DNA of 64,000 nucleotides from Selaginella moellendorffii. Its lineage: Eukaryota; Plantae; Lycopodiophyta. Of the stretch, positions 21,479-33,372 are shown in pieces; the stretch's first letter is position 1; every line of letters begins with the position of its first letter. A program made the translations under genes and the position numbers. Location: positions 1 to 64,000 of the forward strand of contig NW_003314448.1 in NCBI RefSeq assembly GCF_000143415.4, written 5' to 3'. The notes below the pieces were generated by a model, which had not been told where the DNA came from, did not search any database, and worked only from the letters and a program-made list of their open reading frames with translations.

Positions 21479-23119
21479 GCAAAAGCCCTAAGTTGTTTGA
21501 GGAGAGAGCTCGAAGGCGCTAGAGAGAGAGTGTGAGAAAGAGGGAGGGAGCGAGCGTCCAGGGCGGCACAAGCATCGCAGACCGCGGCAGCAACACATGG
21601 AGCTCGTCTCCCTCCTCTTTCTCCTCTTTTCTCTCGCTCTCTGTCGTTTTTATCGATATCTCCCAAACGGCTGGGAGAAACCTCGATTCCTTCGACAGGG
21701 GGCTTCTAGGAGTGTAGATTCTCATCCTCCTAGAAGGCCGCGGCGAGATCTGCCACGGATCTGGAGATCTCGCTGGCCCTAGGTCGCTGCTGTTTTTAGG
21801 GTTCTTCGGCGGCGGCTAGGGTTTTTCGGGGCTTAGAGATTTGGAGGAGTGGAGAGGACAGCTAGGAACACCACGGCTGCAGCAGCTGGACGCTCTCCTC
21901 TCCTCCTCTTCTTTTTTCGCTTCTCATGGTTTCAAGGTTTTTGGGAGCTCATAACTCCTGAACGGCTTGGAATTTTTCCACAAAAATTCACAGGGGGATA
22001 GCTGGGAGGGAGCCTCACACCCTCCCAGAAGCGCAGGCAAAAATTCTTCACGGTCTCAGAGTTCTCACCTGCCCTAATTCGTGGCTAGGGTTAGGGTTCT
22101 TGGCTGGCTTTTGCCCTAACTACGGTTAGGGCAGGACTTAGGGTGGCAGTGGGATCTCCGATCTGGCCACTCTAAGTGTCAGGGATCTTCGTTGCATGTG
22201 GTTGGCACGGCAGCAACATGGTGGAAACGCGACGGTTGCTGGTCTCGCAGCTTCGAGTGGGATTTCTCGCCTTAGGTCGGGCCATGCAAGGTGGTGACTG
22301 AGGTACGGAGAGCGTGAAGCTGCATGTGTCGGAAGTTCTTGGCGACTTGAGTCGTGGAAACACGACCAAGTCATGGGAACTTTGTTGACTGGTGGAGAAC
22401 AGTTCGGGACGACATCCCGACATAGCGAAGTGTCCGCGGTGGATGGACGTGGAAGACACTATGGGCGCATTTTTGGATCTAGTGACAGGGAAGTGCTGTC
22501 ACAAAGGGGGCCAGTGGCGGATGGCCGAGTTGGTTTGCTCGCGGAGGGGATCCCACATGGTTCTTGCTTCAGGGCTAGTCCTTTGAGGAGGTTCGCGGAG
22601 GCTTGCAAGTCTTGTGATTGTCGCGATGCCGGCAACGGGGGCTCGTATATCATTGAAGGGGGCCAGCGCACTTGTCTAGTGTGGGAGGCAAGGTAGCACG
22701 CTCTAGTCTAGAGCTGGAGGAGGCTCACACCTCGCTTGTTCTACGCCTTGGAGTTTGTTCGCAATGGGCACCGACTTAGTGCTGGAAGTACACTGGGGAG
22801 CTTGTGCAGTGGAGTCACCTTGGAGGCGAGTGACCCATGAGCAACGCCGGGTCATCGTGCTCAAGTTGGACCGCTTGGCTGCGACGACGTCGAGCTAGAT
22901 CGACATGGTGTTTGTCTGGCTTGTCATCATTGTGACCGAGTGGAGGAGTGGCAAGGCGAAGCAGGTGGCTTCAAGCTCCGCGGTGGAGTCACCTGGGAGG
23001 TGGACGGCCCAAGAGCAGCGCCGGGCGTTCGCGCTCATAGTTTCACTAGTTTCTTCGAGAGTGCGCTCTCAATGTTGTTTTGATCCCTTTGGGATTGGGG
23101 TAATGTACATATATGTTTA
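21479..23119 (+). mobile_element. 1.65-kb non-coding insert, copy 2
   Basis: Flanked by GCAATCTCGCCGGATTGCA at 21460-21478 and 23120-23138. Confidence 0.7.
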
Positions 23120-23158
23120 GCAATCTCGCCGGATTGCAACACCACGGGGTGTCTTTGA

Positions 23159-23410
23159 CCCTAAACGCCTAAACGCGCCTAAACTCTAAACCTAAACCCT
23201 AAACCCTAAACCCTAAACGCGCCTAAACCCTAAACCCTAAACCCTAAACCTAAACCCTAAACCCTAAACCCGTAAACCCTAACCCCTAAACCCTAAACCC
23301 TAAACCTAAACCCTAAACCCTAAAACCGCCGGATTGCAGCACCGCGGGGTGTCTTTGACCCTAAACGCCTAAACGCGCCTAAATCCTAAACCCTAAACCC
23401 TAAACCCTAA
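23159..23410. repeat. Interstitial telomeric tract with a ~57-nt truncated terminal module at 23327-23383
   Basis: CCCTAAA arrays on both sides of CGCCGGATTGCAGCACCGCGGGGTGTCTTTGACCCTAAACGCC... Confidence 0.95.
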
Positions 23411-23885
23411 TCCAGAAAAAGCTCAATCTAGCTCTTTATGGGACGCCCAAAAAAGGAGCCCTGCACACCAGCACTACCAGCAGAGAATCGGCCCAGAATC
23501 TAGGGCTACAAAGAATGGGTGTAACTTAGTCAAGGATGTCCTGCTCTCAACCTTGACCGTCTGGAGGCTTGAGGGTGGATTTCTTGCACTAGTTCCCTGT
23601 GAAGAATTTATGGGTGTAACTCAGAGAAGGATCTCCTGCTCTTCTGCTGACCGTCTGGAGGCTTAAGAACAGATTTCTTTCACTAGCTCCCCATGAAGGA
23701 TGCAACGTGGATCTACACTCTCACCAAATGACTTCATTATGACTCACCAAATGGCTGAAACCCTTCACCAAATGGCTGATCGTATGTTGCCACGTAGAAT
23801 TAATCATCCATGTATATATATTTCTTCTTAGGTATCTCAATCCCTTACACTTTCTGCTCGCTGTGACGGTCTGTGAGTAGTAGGC

Positions 23886-26594
23886 ATGCAAGCTTCTAGC
23901 CCTTTTTCTTCATCTTCATCGCCACTTAGTCATAGTTTAAGTGCTGGAGTGCCCTTGAATCTCATCTGTTCTATCAACGCTGCTGCAGATCAGGAGATAC
24001 CAACGAATTCCCGGTCCCCCACACCGGAATTCTCACCTCCTGAGTCAAGGCAGAACACACACGACACGCTCGTCTTGCCTTCCCAACAGACACTTGTCTT
24101 GCCTTCTCAGCGTGCACAAGCTCCTCAATCTCATCGTGGACTGTGGCCGAATTTCTCTCACCGGGACGTTCGCTCATACTTCATCCGGGACTCTGGTCCA
24201 GGACCGATTGAGATTGAAGACACAGCTGCAACTTCTGGAGTAATGCATGACCAGTGTTCTCTTCCTCTTATGGCAAATGCTCCTCCATCACCTCCTCACA
24301 TTGCTTCATCATCTCGTCAAACACCAAATCCTCCACCATCCAATTCCATTCATGGATCAGCCCCTATTCACGGATTTACACTCTCATCTCGTATCATACC
24401 ATCTTCTTCCTCCACACCAAATACAACGCTGTCTTCCATACCAATTACAACGCTTACTACCATACAAACGTCCTGCTCTGCACCAGTTCCAACACCACTA
24501 CCACGCACTCTACCACCTCAAACGTCAGTTCCAACACCACTACCACGCACTCTACCACCTCAAACGTCAGTTCCAACACCACTACCACGCACTCTACCAC
24601 CTCAAACGTCAGTTCCAACACCACTACCACGCACTCTACCACCTCAAACGTCAGTATATGCACTCACGACCGAGTCTCCTCCAGCTTCTCCTGAATTCTT
24701 GAGGGAACTGGCACTTACAGAGGAACGACACTTGGCTGAACGACACTTGGCTTCACGACCTGTCTCAGCACCACTGTCAACGGCTACATGGTCCACTGTA
24801 GCATCAGTGACAGATATGCAGCCCACTCTGCCTCCAGCAACTGCCCCAGTAGCAACTATGCCGCCTAGGAGATCCGTTGTGCCACCTGTGACCACCTCTA
24901 CATCCCCTATGGCTGTGCCTACAACAAACTCACTCTCACCACATGCACCAGCATATACACCCATGTCTACGCTTGCATGTACCTCTGTGCTCACAACTAC
25001 AACCATCCATACACCTACTCCATCGACAACTAGCCCTCCTCTCTTTGCTACAACACCTCATACTCCACCAACTTTCTCCATCTCGCCTCCTGTTCCATTA
25101 ACCTTCTCCACCACACCACCTTTCTCCATGGCCTCAACTTTACCAACACTCTTTTCATCAACAACTTCAATCCCACCACCTTTTTCATCCCCAGCTGTGC
25201 CATCATCTACTCCATTCTCTGGATTGGTAGACCTCTTCACAGTGTTGCAGAATAGTGCTGGCATTTCTGCTACTGGAAACACTCTTCCACAGCAGTTGCC
25301 ACCTTTCCTTGCCCCTGGCAATGCCCTCACTAGCTCCTCGACTGAGGGACTTGGTAGGCTTGATGAGGCTCTTTCTGCCATCCTTGAATGCTCGATCAAG
25401 GAATTCATGAACGAGCTCAAGTCTCTAAATCAAGCTCACAAGGCTGTGAAGAGATTGACTCAGCTCCGTGATAAAAAGCAGTTCCCTCAAGACCTTCGCA
25501 TTCGTGTGCCAAAGCTTGAGGTGACCTCTCACGGTCAGGAACTTCTTGATACCAGCATCAAAGCAATCCACGAACAATACTTGAAGGACCTTCTTGATTC
25601 TCTGCTCAAGGCACGAGAGGCTGAGGCTGCTACCCTTGCGGATCTCATCAACCATGGACTCTCTCAACGTTTTAATGATCGAATGGATGATTTTGTTCAC
25701 TGTGCTTTGCAGGCTTGTGGCAATGCACAACGAGAGGCTGTCACACATACTCTCAATGCCCGCAAGCATCAGTTGATAGCTGAATACCAACGTGCGACTG
25801 CAATTGGAGCAGTGGCATATGGAGTTGAGGAGAGCAAAAAGGAAAATGCTCGCAAGCAAAGGGAAGCTGCAGAGGATGCTGCACGAGCCAAGGCGGAGAC
25901 ACTGCCCAAGGAAGACACTGTTAAGATGCTTGTCCAGAGCTGCTTTGACAAGATGTGGAAGGAGAGGGAGCGTGGAATTCCGAGACAACACCACGAAGAT
26001 GCTGGCAGAGGCACCAGATCACAAGGCAAACGACAGCAAAGGACGGATACCTCACTCCACATACGTGAAGCAGGCTCTTCAAAGACACGCAAGGTTTCTC
26101 TCCCCAGTGGTGAACGTGACGTTACCCATGGACGGCAGGGAAACGAGCAGGGGCGGAATGTGGTTACTGGGACTCCTCCCACCCATTCCGATGCCCCGGG
26201 TTTTTCTTCAAGGGGTCCCTTGCACCGGCAATCTCCAACCGTGCTTGGTTCCCAGCCAGCCATGACTGGCAGAGGTGGCCAACGCCAGTCTCGAGGAAAC
26301 GGTCGACCCCCACGGTCCCAACCGAACTGGCCAAGCGGCCGAGGGCGCCAGACTACACCACGACCTCCTCCAGCAGCCCAACAACGCCAGCCAACTCAGA
26401 ACCAGAAACCACCTTCACCTCCCAGAGGACAAGAGATGCAGCCCTCACAGCACCACAACAACACCCCACTCCACGAACGAACCCAACGCTATGGCTTGGG
26501 AAGAAACTCGCCTCCACAGCAACGCCCGCACTCTCCAGTTACGGCAGTGCCTGTGGACAGAAAAGGCAAGGCAAAAGTTTCTGGCTACCTTTGA
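23886..26594 (+). CDS. PLE family-2 ORF1 (Pro/Thr-rich plus coiled-coil)
   Basis: 902 aa, homologous to the core of 2077-4866. Confidence 0.85.
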   Translation: MQASSPFSSSSSPLSHSLSAGVPLNLICSINAAADQEIPTNSRSPTPEFSPPESRQNTHDTLVLPSQQTLVLPSQRAQAPQSHRGLWPNFSHRDVRSYFIRDSGPGPIEIEDTAATSGVMHDQCSLPLMANAPPSPPHIASSSRQTPNPPPSNSIHGSAPIHGFTLSSRIIPSSSSTPNTTLSSIPITTLTTIQTSCSAPVPTPLPRTLPPQTSVPTPLPRTLPPQTSVPTPLPRTLPPQTSVPTPLPRTLPPQTSVYALTTESPPASPEFLRELALTEERHLAERHLASRPVSAPLSTATWSTVASVTDMQPTLPPATAPVATMPPRRSVVPPVTTSTSPMAVPTTNSLSPHAPAYTPMSTLACTSVLTTTTIHTPTPSTTSPPLFATTPHTPPTFSISPPVPLTFSTTPPFSMASTLPTLFSSTTSIPPPFSSPAVPSSTPFSGLVDLFTVLQNSAGISATGNTLPQQLPPFLAPGNALTSSSTEGLGRLDEALSAILECSIKEFMNELKSLNQAHKAVKRLTQLRDKKQFPQDLRIRVPKLEVTSHGQELLDTSIKAIHEQYLKDLLDSLLKAREAEAATLADLINHGLSQRFNDRMDDFVHCALQACGNAQREAVTHTLNARKHQLIAEYQRATAIGAVAYGVEESKKENARKQREAAEDAARAKAETLPKEDTVKMLVQSCFDKMWKERERGIPRQHHEDAGRGTRSQGKRQQRTDTSLHIREAGSSKTRKVSLPSGERDVTHGRQGNEQGRNVVTGTPPTHSDAPGFSSRGPLHRQSPTVLGSQPAMTGRGGQRQSRGNGRPPRSQPNWPSGRGRQTTPRPPPAAQQRQPTQNQKPPSPPRGQEMQPSQHHNNTPLHERTQRYGLGRNSPPQQRPHSPVTAVPVDRKGKAKVSGYL
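24484..24654 (+). repeat. 42-bp x4 in-frame tandem repeat (VPTPLPRTLPPQTS)
   Basis: Read directly from the sequence. Confidence 0.9.
26138..26197 (+). promoter_or_regulatory. Predicted -1 frameshift signal, family 2
   Basis: G_GGA_AAC at 26138-26144, a 5-nt spacer, then stems GGGGC/GCCCC, GGAATG/CATTCC and TGGGA/TCCCA. Confidence 0.85.
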
Positions 26595-28438
26595 TTGCCC
26601 CGCATGAAGCTTTACTTCATTTTGCCGGCAATCAAAAAGTTTCCCAGCTAGAAAATAGAGTGGAGATTGGTGCTGTTCACAATTTGTCTTCTCGCATGTT
26701 GAGTGCCGCTGAAAAGCGCCTCCTTGCTCTTGGGCTCTCATTCATTCCTAATCCAGTGCCTCTCACGGCCAAAAAGATTATGGAATGCTTAGATGACTTT
26801 CAATGCTCAGTCCGTCTTCGTAATTCGTTTAAGGACAGCAACAGTCTTATACCAGAGTTTCGGGTTCCCAACCCAAACTTTGATCCTCCCCCTGCTTCCT
26901 GGCACATGGAGTCACGAGTTGCCCGCATTCGAGAGCACCTTCTCCAACGTCTTTCCTGTTGTAAAAGACCTCGATCTTTTCTAAGAGGATGGAGACGTGA
27001 TGCAGTCCTTGCGCTGCGACACGATCATAGTATTGTGATTAAGCCAGCCGACAAAAACCTTGGCGTAGTTGTTCTGGACCGCACGTGGTACATTCAAGAG
27101 GCTATGCGCCAACTCAATGATCCTCTTGTCTACAAGAGAGTTGAGTCGATTCCACATCAACCCATGCATGAGCGCCTCCTCGAACTTCTCCTGAAGTATA
27201 AATCTTGCTCATGGCTGGACAAGAACACAGCCAAGTACCTCATCACTTTGCCCTCACCTCCACGTAAAGCTTGTTTGTTGTATTTTCTTCCAAAAATACA
27301 CAAGCAGCCAATTCGTGGGAGACCAATTGCTAGCTATGTTGGCTACATTTGGGAGCCACTTGCAAAATGGCTCCACCGCCAACTTTTTGGCATTCTCCTC
27401 CAACAGGAAACCTTTCTTATGGACTCCCACACTCTCCTTCATGATCTTCATAAACAACAGCTCCCAAAAGACTGCCTCCTCTTCACTTTTGATGTGGAGT
27501 CGCTCTACCCGAGCATTTCCACACGTGAAGGGCTCTATCGCCTCCATAAATTTGTATATAGAAATTTTGGAGATTCGATGCAAGCACGCTTTATCATGGC
27601 TGCTGCAGGACTCATCCTTGAACACAATTATGTTGAGTTCGATGGGAGTTATTTCCTTCAAATCCGAGGCACTGCTATGGGGTCAAACTTTGCTGTGGTG
27701 TATGCTTGCCTTTTTCTTTGTTCCCTCGAGGACGAATTTAAGGCCACCTCTTCTAAATGGCCAATATATCTTAAGAGATATATTGACGATGGTGTTGGAA
27801 TTTGGGATGGATCAAAAGAGAGCTTGGAATGCTGGTTGGCTAGCTATGGAAGCCTCTGCAATTCTATAAAGATCACCTCAGTGATCTCATTTGAATCTAT
27901 GGATATTCTAGACATCCATTTTTTCAAAGGCCCACGTTTTGAGAAATGCAGGTGCCTAGACTCCACCACCTTTCAAAAGCCACTAAATGCATACCAATAT
28001 CTTCCATGGAACTCAACGCATCCTCGACACCAAAAGATTGCCTTCATTCGTGCTGAACTTCGGCGTTACCTCCTACGAGAGAGTAACCCTGAGAGCTTCT
28101 GTGCAATTCGCAAGCTTTTCTATACTCGTCTCCATGCACGTGGATACCCAAGAGCCTTCCTTATTGAAGCTTTCCGGACAATCCATTATACGGACCGAGA
28201 TAATGTGCTCTACTCTCCATCACGCAAATCCAGTAGCAATAGTCTACAGGCCCCCCTCATTTTCAAGCTGCCTTATACTCTCCATAGTGCGGCACTTGAT
28301 GTGGGGAACACCCTAAACCCTAAACAGGTGATTTCTGAAGTTCCATCAGACTCACTCCTCAGAGTGATCACATGCTGGACACGGTCCCCAAACCTTGCTT
28401 CCCACTTGGTTTCAGCGAGACTCCCACCATATGGATAA
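26144..28438 (+). CDS. PLE family-2 reverse transcriptase in the -1 frame; predicted fusion of ~1517 aa
   Basis: Same PLE RT motifs (KPADKN, GTAMGSNFA, RYIDDG). The frame is open from 26144. Confidence 0.93.
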   Translation, partial: RAGAECGYWDSSHPFRCPGFFFKGSLAPAISNRAWFPASHDWQRWPTPVSRKRSTPTVPTELAKRPRAPDYTTTSSSSPTTPANSEPETTFTSQRTRDAALTAPQQHPTPRTNPTLWLGKKLASTATPALSSYGSACGQKRQGKSFWLPLIAPHEALLHFAGNQKVSQLENRVEIGAVHNLSSRMLSAAEKRLLALGLSFIPNPVPLTAKKIMECLDDFQCSVRLRNSFKDSNSLIPEFRVPNPNFDPPPASWHMESRVARIREHLLQRLSCCKRPRSFLRGWRRDAVLALRHDHSIVIKPADKNLGVVVLDRTWYIQEAMRQLNDPLVYKRVESIPHQPMHERLLELLLKYKSCSWLDKNTAKYLITLPSPPRKACLLYFLPKIHKQPIRGRPIASYVGYIWEPLAKWLHRQLFGILLQQETFLMDSHTLLHDLHKQQLPKDCLLFTFDVESLYPSISTREGLYRLHKFVYRNFGDSMQARFIMAAAGLILEHNYVEFDGSYFLQIRGTAMGSNFAVVYACLFLCSLEDEFKATSSKWPIYLKRYIDDGVGIWDGSKESLECWLASYGSLCNSIKITSVISFESMDILDIHFFKGPRFEKCRCLDSTTFQKPLNAYQYLPWNSTHPRHQKIAFIRAELRRYLLRESNPESFCAIRKLFYTRLHARGYPRAFLIEAFRTIHYTDRDNVLYSPSRKSSSNSLQAPLIFKLPYTLHSAALDVGNTLNPKQVISEVPSDSLLRVITCWTRSPNLASHLVSARLPPYG

Positions 28439-28457
28439 GCTACCTTGGACTTGCCCA

Positions 28458-28780
28458 AAGCTACCTCTTGCAAACTCAGAGTGGAATATTCCTGGAATAT
28501 TCTGATGCTTTGAAATATTTTTTGAGGTTAGCTATTAAACATGATGAGGAACAATTAGGACGTGCTGCATGGCTGATATCCATCACCATCACCGTTCACA
28601 ATATACTGCTATGAATAAGCTACCTCTTGCAAAGTCGGAGTGGAATATTCCTGGAATATTCTGATGCTTTGAAATAATTTTTGAGGTTGGCTATTAAACA
28701 TGATAAGGAACAATTAGGACGTGCTGCATGGCTGATATCCATCACCATCACCGTTCACAATATACTGCTATGAATAAGCT
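28458..28780 (+). repeat. 159-bp tandem duplication in the family-2 3' UTR
   Basis: aagctacctcttgcaaa...gctatgaataagc occurs twice at offset 159. Confidence 0.85.
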
Positions 28781-28928
28781 TCACACCACTAAGCTTGTTT
28801 ATTTCCTGACCACTAAATGAAAATTCACTCCCTCGCCTCCTCTACTTGCTCTCGATCACGCCGTTTCGACAACGGCACACGGAGAATGTGGATTGCACAA
28901 AGTGGTGCCGCGATCTCGCCGGATTGCA

Positions 28929-30568
28929 AAAAAGCCCTAAGTTGTTTGAGGAGAGAGCTCGAAGGCGCTAGAGAGAGAGTGTGAGAAAGAGGGAGGGAGC
29001 GAGCGTCCAGGGCGGCACAAGCATCGCAGACCGCGGCAGCAACACACGGAGCTCGTCTCCCTCCTCTTTCTCCTCTTTTCTCTCGCTCTCTGTCGTTTTT
29101 ATCGATATCTCCCAAACGGCTGGGAGAAACCTCGATTCCTTCGACGGGGGGCTTCTAGGAGTGTAGATTCTCATCCTCCTAGAAGGCCGCGGCGAGATCT
29201 GCCACGGATCTGGAGATCTCGCTGGCCCTAGGTCGCTGCTGTTTTTAGGGTTCTTCGGCGGCGGCTAGGGTTTTTCGGGGCTTAGAGATTTGGAGGAGTG
29301 GAGAGGACAGCTAGGAACACCACGGCTGCAGCAGCTGGACGCTCTCCTCTCCTCCTCTTCTTTTTTCGCTTCTCATGGTTTCAAGTTTTTTGGGAGCTCA
29401 TAACTCCTGAACGGCTTGGAATTTTTCCACAAAAATTCACAGGGGGATAGCTGGGAGGGAGCCTCACACCCTCCCAGAAGCGCAGGCAAAAATTCTTCAC
29501 GGTCTCAGAGTTCTCACCTGCCCTAATTCGTGGCTAGGGTTAGGGTTCTTGGCTGGCTTTTGCCCTAACTACGGTTAGGGCAGGACTTAGGGTGGCAGTG
29601 GGATCTCCGATCTGGCCACTCTAAGTGTCAGGGATCTTCGTTGCATGTGGTTGGCACGGCAGCAACATGGTGGAAACGCGACGGTTGCTGGTCTCGCAGC
29701 TTCGAGTGGGATTTCTCGCCTTAGGTCGGGCCATGCAAGGTGGTGACTGAGGTACGGAGAGCGTGAAGCTGCATGTGTCGGAAGTTCTTGGCGACTTGAG
29801 TCGTGGAAACACGACCAAGTCATGGGAACTTTGTTGACTGGTGGAGAACAGTTCGGGACGACATCCCGACATAGCGAAGTGTCCGCGGTGGATGGACGTG
29901 GAAGACACTATGGGCGCATTTTTGGATCTAGTGACAGGGAAGTGCTGTCACAAAGGGGGCCAGTGGCGGATGGCCGAGTTGGTTTGCTCGCGGAGGGGAT
30001 CCCACATGGTTCTTGCTTCAGGGCTAGTCCTTTGAGGAGGTTCGCGGAGGCTTGCAAGTCTTGTGATTGTCGCGATGCCGGCAACGGGGGCTCGTATATC
30101 ATTGAAGGGGGCCAGCGCACTTGTCTAGTGTGGGAGGCAAGGTAGCACGCTCTAGTCTAGAGCTGGAGGAGGCTCACACCTCGCTTGTTCTACGCCTTGG
30201 AGTTTGTTCGCAATGGGCACCGACTTAGTGCTGGAAGTACACTGGGGAGCTTGTGCAGTGGAGTCACCTTGGAGGCGAGTGACCCATGAGCAACGCCGGG
30301 TCATCGTGCTCAAGTTGGACCGCTTGGCTGCGACGACGTCGAGCTAGATCGACATGGTGTTCGTCTGGCTTGTCATCATTGTGACCGAGTGGAGGAGTGG
30401 CAAGGCGAAGCAGGTGGCTTCAAGCTCCGCGGTGGAGTCACCTGGGAGGTGGACGGCCCAAGAGCAGCGCCGGGCGTTCGCGCTCATAGTTTCACTAGTT
30501 TCTTCGAGAGTGCGCTCTCAATGTTGTTTTGATCCCTTTGGGATTGGGGTAATGTACATATATGTTTA
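28929..30568 (+). mobile_element. 1.65-kb non-coding insert, copy 3
   Basis: Flanked by GCGATCTCGCCGGATTGCA at 28910-28928 and 30569-30587. Near-identical to copy 2. Confidence 0.7.
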
Positions 30569-30607
30569 GCGATCTCGCCGGATTGCAGCACCGCGGGGTG
30601 TCTTTGA

Positions 30608-31048
<441 letters not shown>

Positions 31049-32294
31049 TGTAAGCAACTAATTTTTCCTAGTCCTAGTCTTTGCCAGAATCGTTGATGAC
31101 TTTTTGAGGATGGTCTTCAATGTTTTGTTCGTTGCTTCTACTTGACTGTTGCCTTGAGGATAGTGTCGATAATGATTTTGCGGTAGAAATTGGTGAAGCT
31201 AAGGCAAACCTGAATGTCTGACATTGATTGTGAAGGCTCCCATTCGAGAATAGTCCTAACTTTGGCAGGATTCATTGTGATACCTGTAAGCGACTAATTT
31301 TTCCATTTTACTTTAGTCACTTAACCACACCTCCGACCACTTGGAGGAGTCTCATTCACCACCTCCATAAGTCTAATTCAGGACTTGGGACTTGTTAGCC
31401 CCGAGAATGGCATCTATGCCACTCAATATTTGCACTTGGTCCAAGTGCTCCATGTGTCCGATCCCATGACCGACACTCAAAGGTACCACCGACATGGCAG
31501 CCTGTTATGCTAACGCCATGCCCAATCACCTTTGCCACACTGGTAGTCCAATACCACTTGCATCACAATCTTGGCTCCCCAAGACTAGGCAATCCATCCA
31601 TGAGTGGTCATCTCAGATCCACTCCTTAGCATCCTTAGGATGCCCACCGACAAGGGGAATAGCCTTCCCCAATATCCCTCTGTCAGTCTCCCCTAAGTCC
31701 CTTTCTGCCTCTGACCATGTTTGCCAACACTGCCACTGGATCGAGGCCCACAGCCCCGACCACTAAGTCCCACGGTCCTCTGGGACTTCCTCACCACACG
31801 ACTGTGTCCTTGGTCACTACCCTAGAGGACTGCTCCTCTTCCTTTCCACAGTCTGGGCCTTTGGGACAACATTTCGGAACACCGTGGCCTTACGCGAGCC
31901 ACCTGGGTACTCTCCCCGCCTTCTGCCCTTGGGTGCTCTAGCCATGGGCTTAGAGCGAGGTTCCGTTGAGCCACGCCTGGTATCCAAGTAGGTAGTGCCA
32001 CCCACACTTGGACTGGGAGCATCGGCCAGTCGATCTCCCGGGGGAACTAGAACCGGCTCTTGAACACTTCACCAAGCTACCCCGCTTGTCGGTCCATGTT
32101 CACTCTAGTCTTGGACTTCCCAGTGGTCAGCTCATCACCCAACACTGGGTCTGGCCTTCCTGGGCCAAACTGGCTCCACTGGGCTCCAACCCCCACACTC
32201 TCCTTACTATACTTTTGGAACCCCCCGCAGCCCCCCCCCCCCCCCCCCTGGGGGACGATCGCTTTGGGCTTTCACCCAACTGCCTGTATTAGTA

Positions 32295-32940
32295 TTCGGA
32301 CTCGGACTCGGGCTCGAACTCGGACTCGGACTCGGTCTCGGTCTTGGTTTCGGACTCGGACTCGGTCTCGGTCTCGACTTCGGCCTCGGTCTCGGTCTCG
32401 ACTTCGGCCTCGGTCTCGGTCTCGACTTCGGCCTCGGTCTCGGTCTCGACTTCGGCCTCAGTCTCGGTCTCGGTCTCGTGTCCATCTCGGACTCCATCTC
32501 GGACTCCATCTCGGGTCCATCTCGGGTCCATCTCGGACTCCATCTCGGGTCCATCTCGGGTCCATCTCGGACTCCATCTCGGACTCCATCTTGGGTCCAT
32601 CTCGGACTCCATCTCGGGTCCATCTCAGACTCCATCTCGGGTCCATCTCAGACTCCATCTCGGGTCCATCTCGGGTCCATCTTGGACTCCATCTCGGACT
32701 CCATCTCGGGTCCATCTCGGACTCCATCTCGGGTCCATCTCGGACTCCATCTCGGGTCCATCTCGGACTCCATCTCGGGTCCATCTCGGTTCCATCTCGG
32801 ACTCCATCTCGGACTCCATCTCGGATCCATCTCGGACTCCATCTCGGGTCCATCTCGGACTCCATCTCGGACTCCATCTCGGGTCCATCTCGGGTCCAAC
32901 TCGGACTCCATCTCGGACTCCATCTTGGGTCCATCTCGGG
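32295..32940. repeat. Expanded GACTCG/GTCTCG and TCCATCTCGG(AC/G) minisatellite inside the LTR
   Basis: Read directly from the sequence. Confidence 0.9.
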
Positions 32941-33242
32941 TCCCTTTTGGAGCCTCGCTTATTGCTCGTTTCGTGCTCATTCCTCGAGCACTTCGTTAGG
33001 AGTTCCACTCCCGCTCTCGACCTTTCAAGTTGGAGCTTTTGGCCCAAACGTGTTACACTCGTTTGGCTTTCGCTTTGGCCACTACCACGTGGCACCCTTC
33101 CGGCTCCACTTTGGGGCCTAGGGATTTTGTGTCTCACAACTCCACCACCCATAGACGAAGTTCGATGTCCTCATCAAACGGTAAACCCTTTTATAAAGTA
33201 ACACCCATATGTATTACCGTTTCCATCCTTGGCCCCCGGCCA

Positions 33243-33372
33243 ATATTTGTCTATGGTTTGACATTGAAGGCTCACCATGCCTTCTCCATATTTGTCAATG
33301 GTTTGACATTGAAGGCTCACCATACCTTCTCCATATTCGTCAATGGTTTGACACCAAAGGCTCACCATGCCC
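33243..33372. repeat. ~45-bp x3 tandem repeat
   Basis: atatttgtcaatggtttgacattgaaggctcaccatgccttctcc units. Confidence 0.8.

Larger units (their letters stand above)
10903..23183 (+). mobile_element. Degenerate, internally deleted family-1 PLE interrupted by a Gypsy element
   Basis: Rearranged 5' region similar to ~880-1240, an ORF1 remnant at ~11690-11850, RT remnants at ~11930-12438 and 19974-20140, then 3' UTR, hammerhead and terminal module. Confidence 0.85.

Noticed and set aside
24484-24654. CRISPR-like array (also 33243-33372)
   Set aside because: Tandem repeats without unique spacers, in a eukaryotic context.
28495-28565. Hammerhead in family 2 (CTGATGCTTTGAAA; ATGATGAGG..GGAC)
   Set aside because: The CUGANGA core and stems are not satisfied.
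32060-33201. Long ORFs over the minisatellite (also 13213-13534 and 19596-19917)
   Set aside because: Artefacts of stop-free repeats within LTRs.
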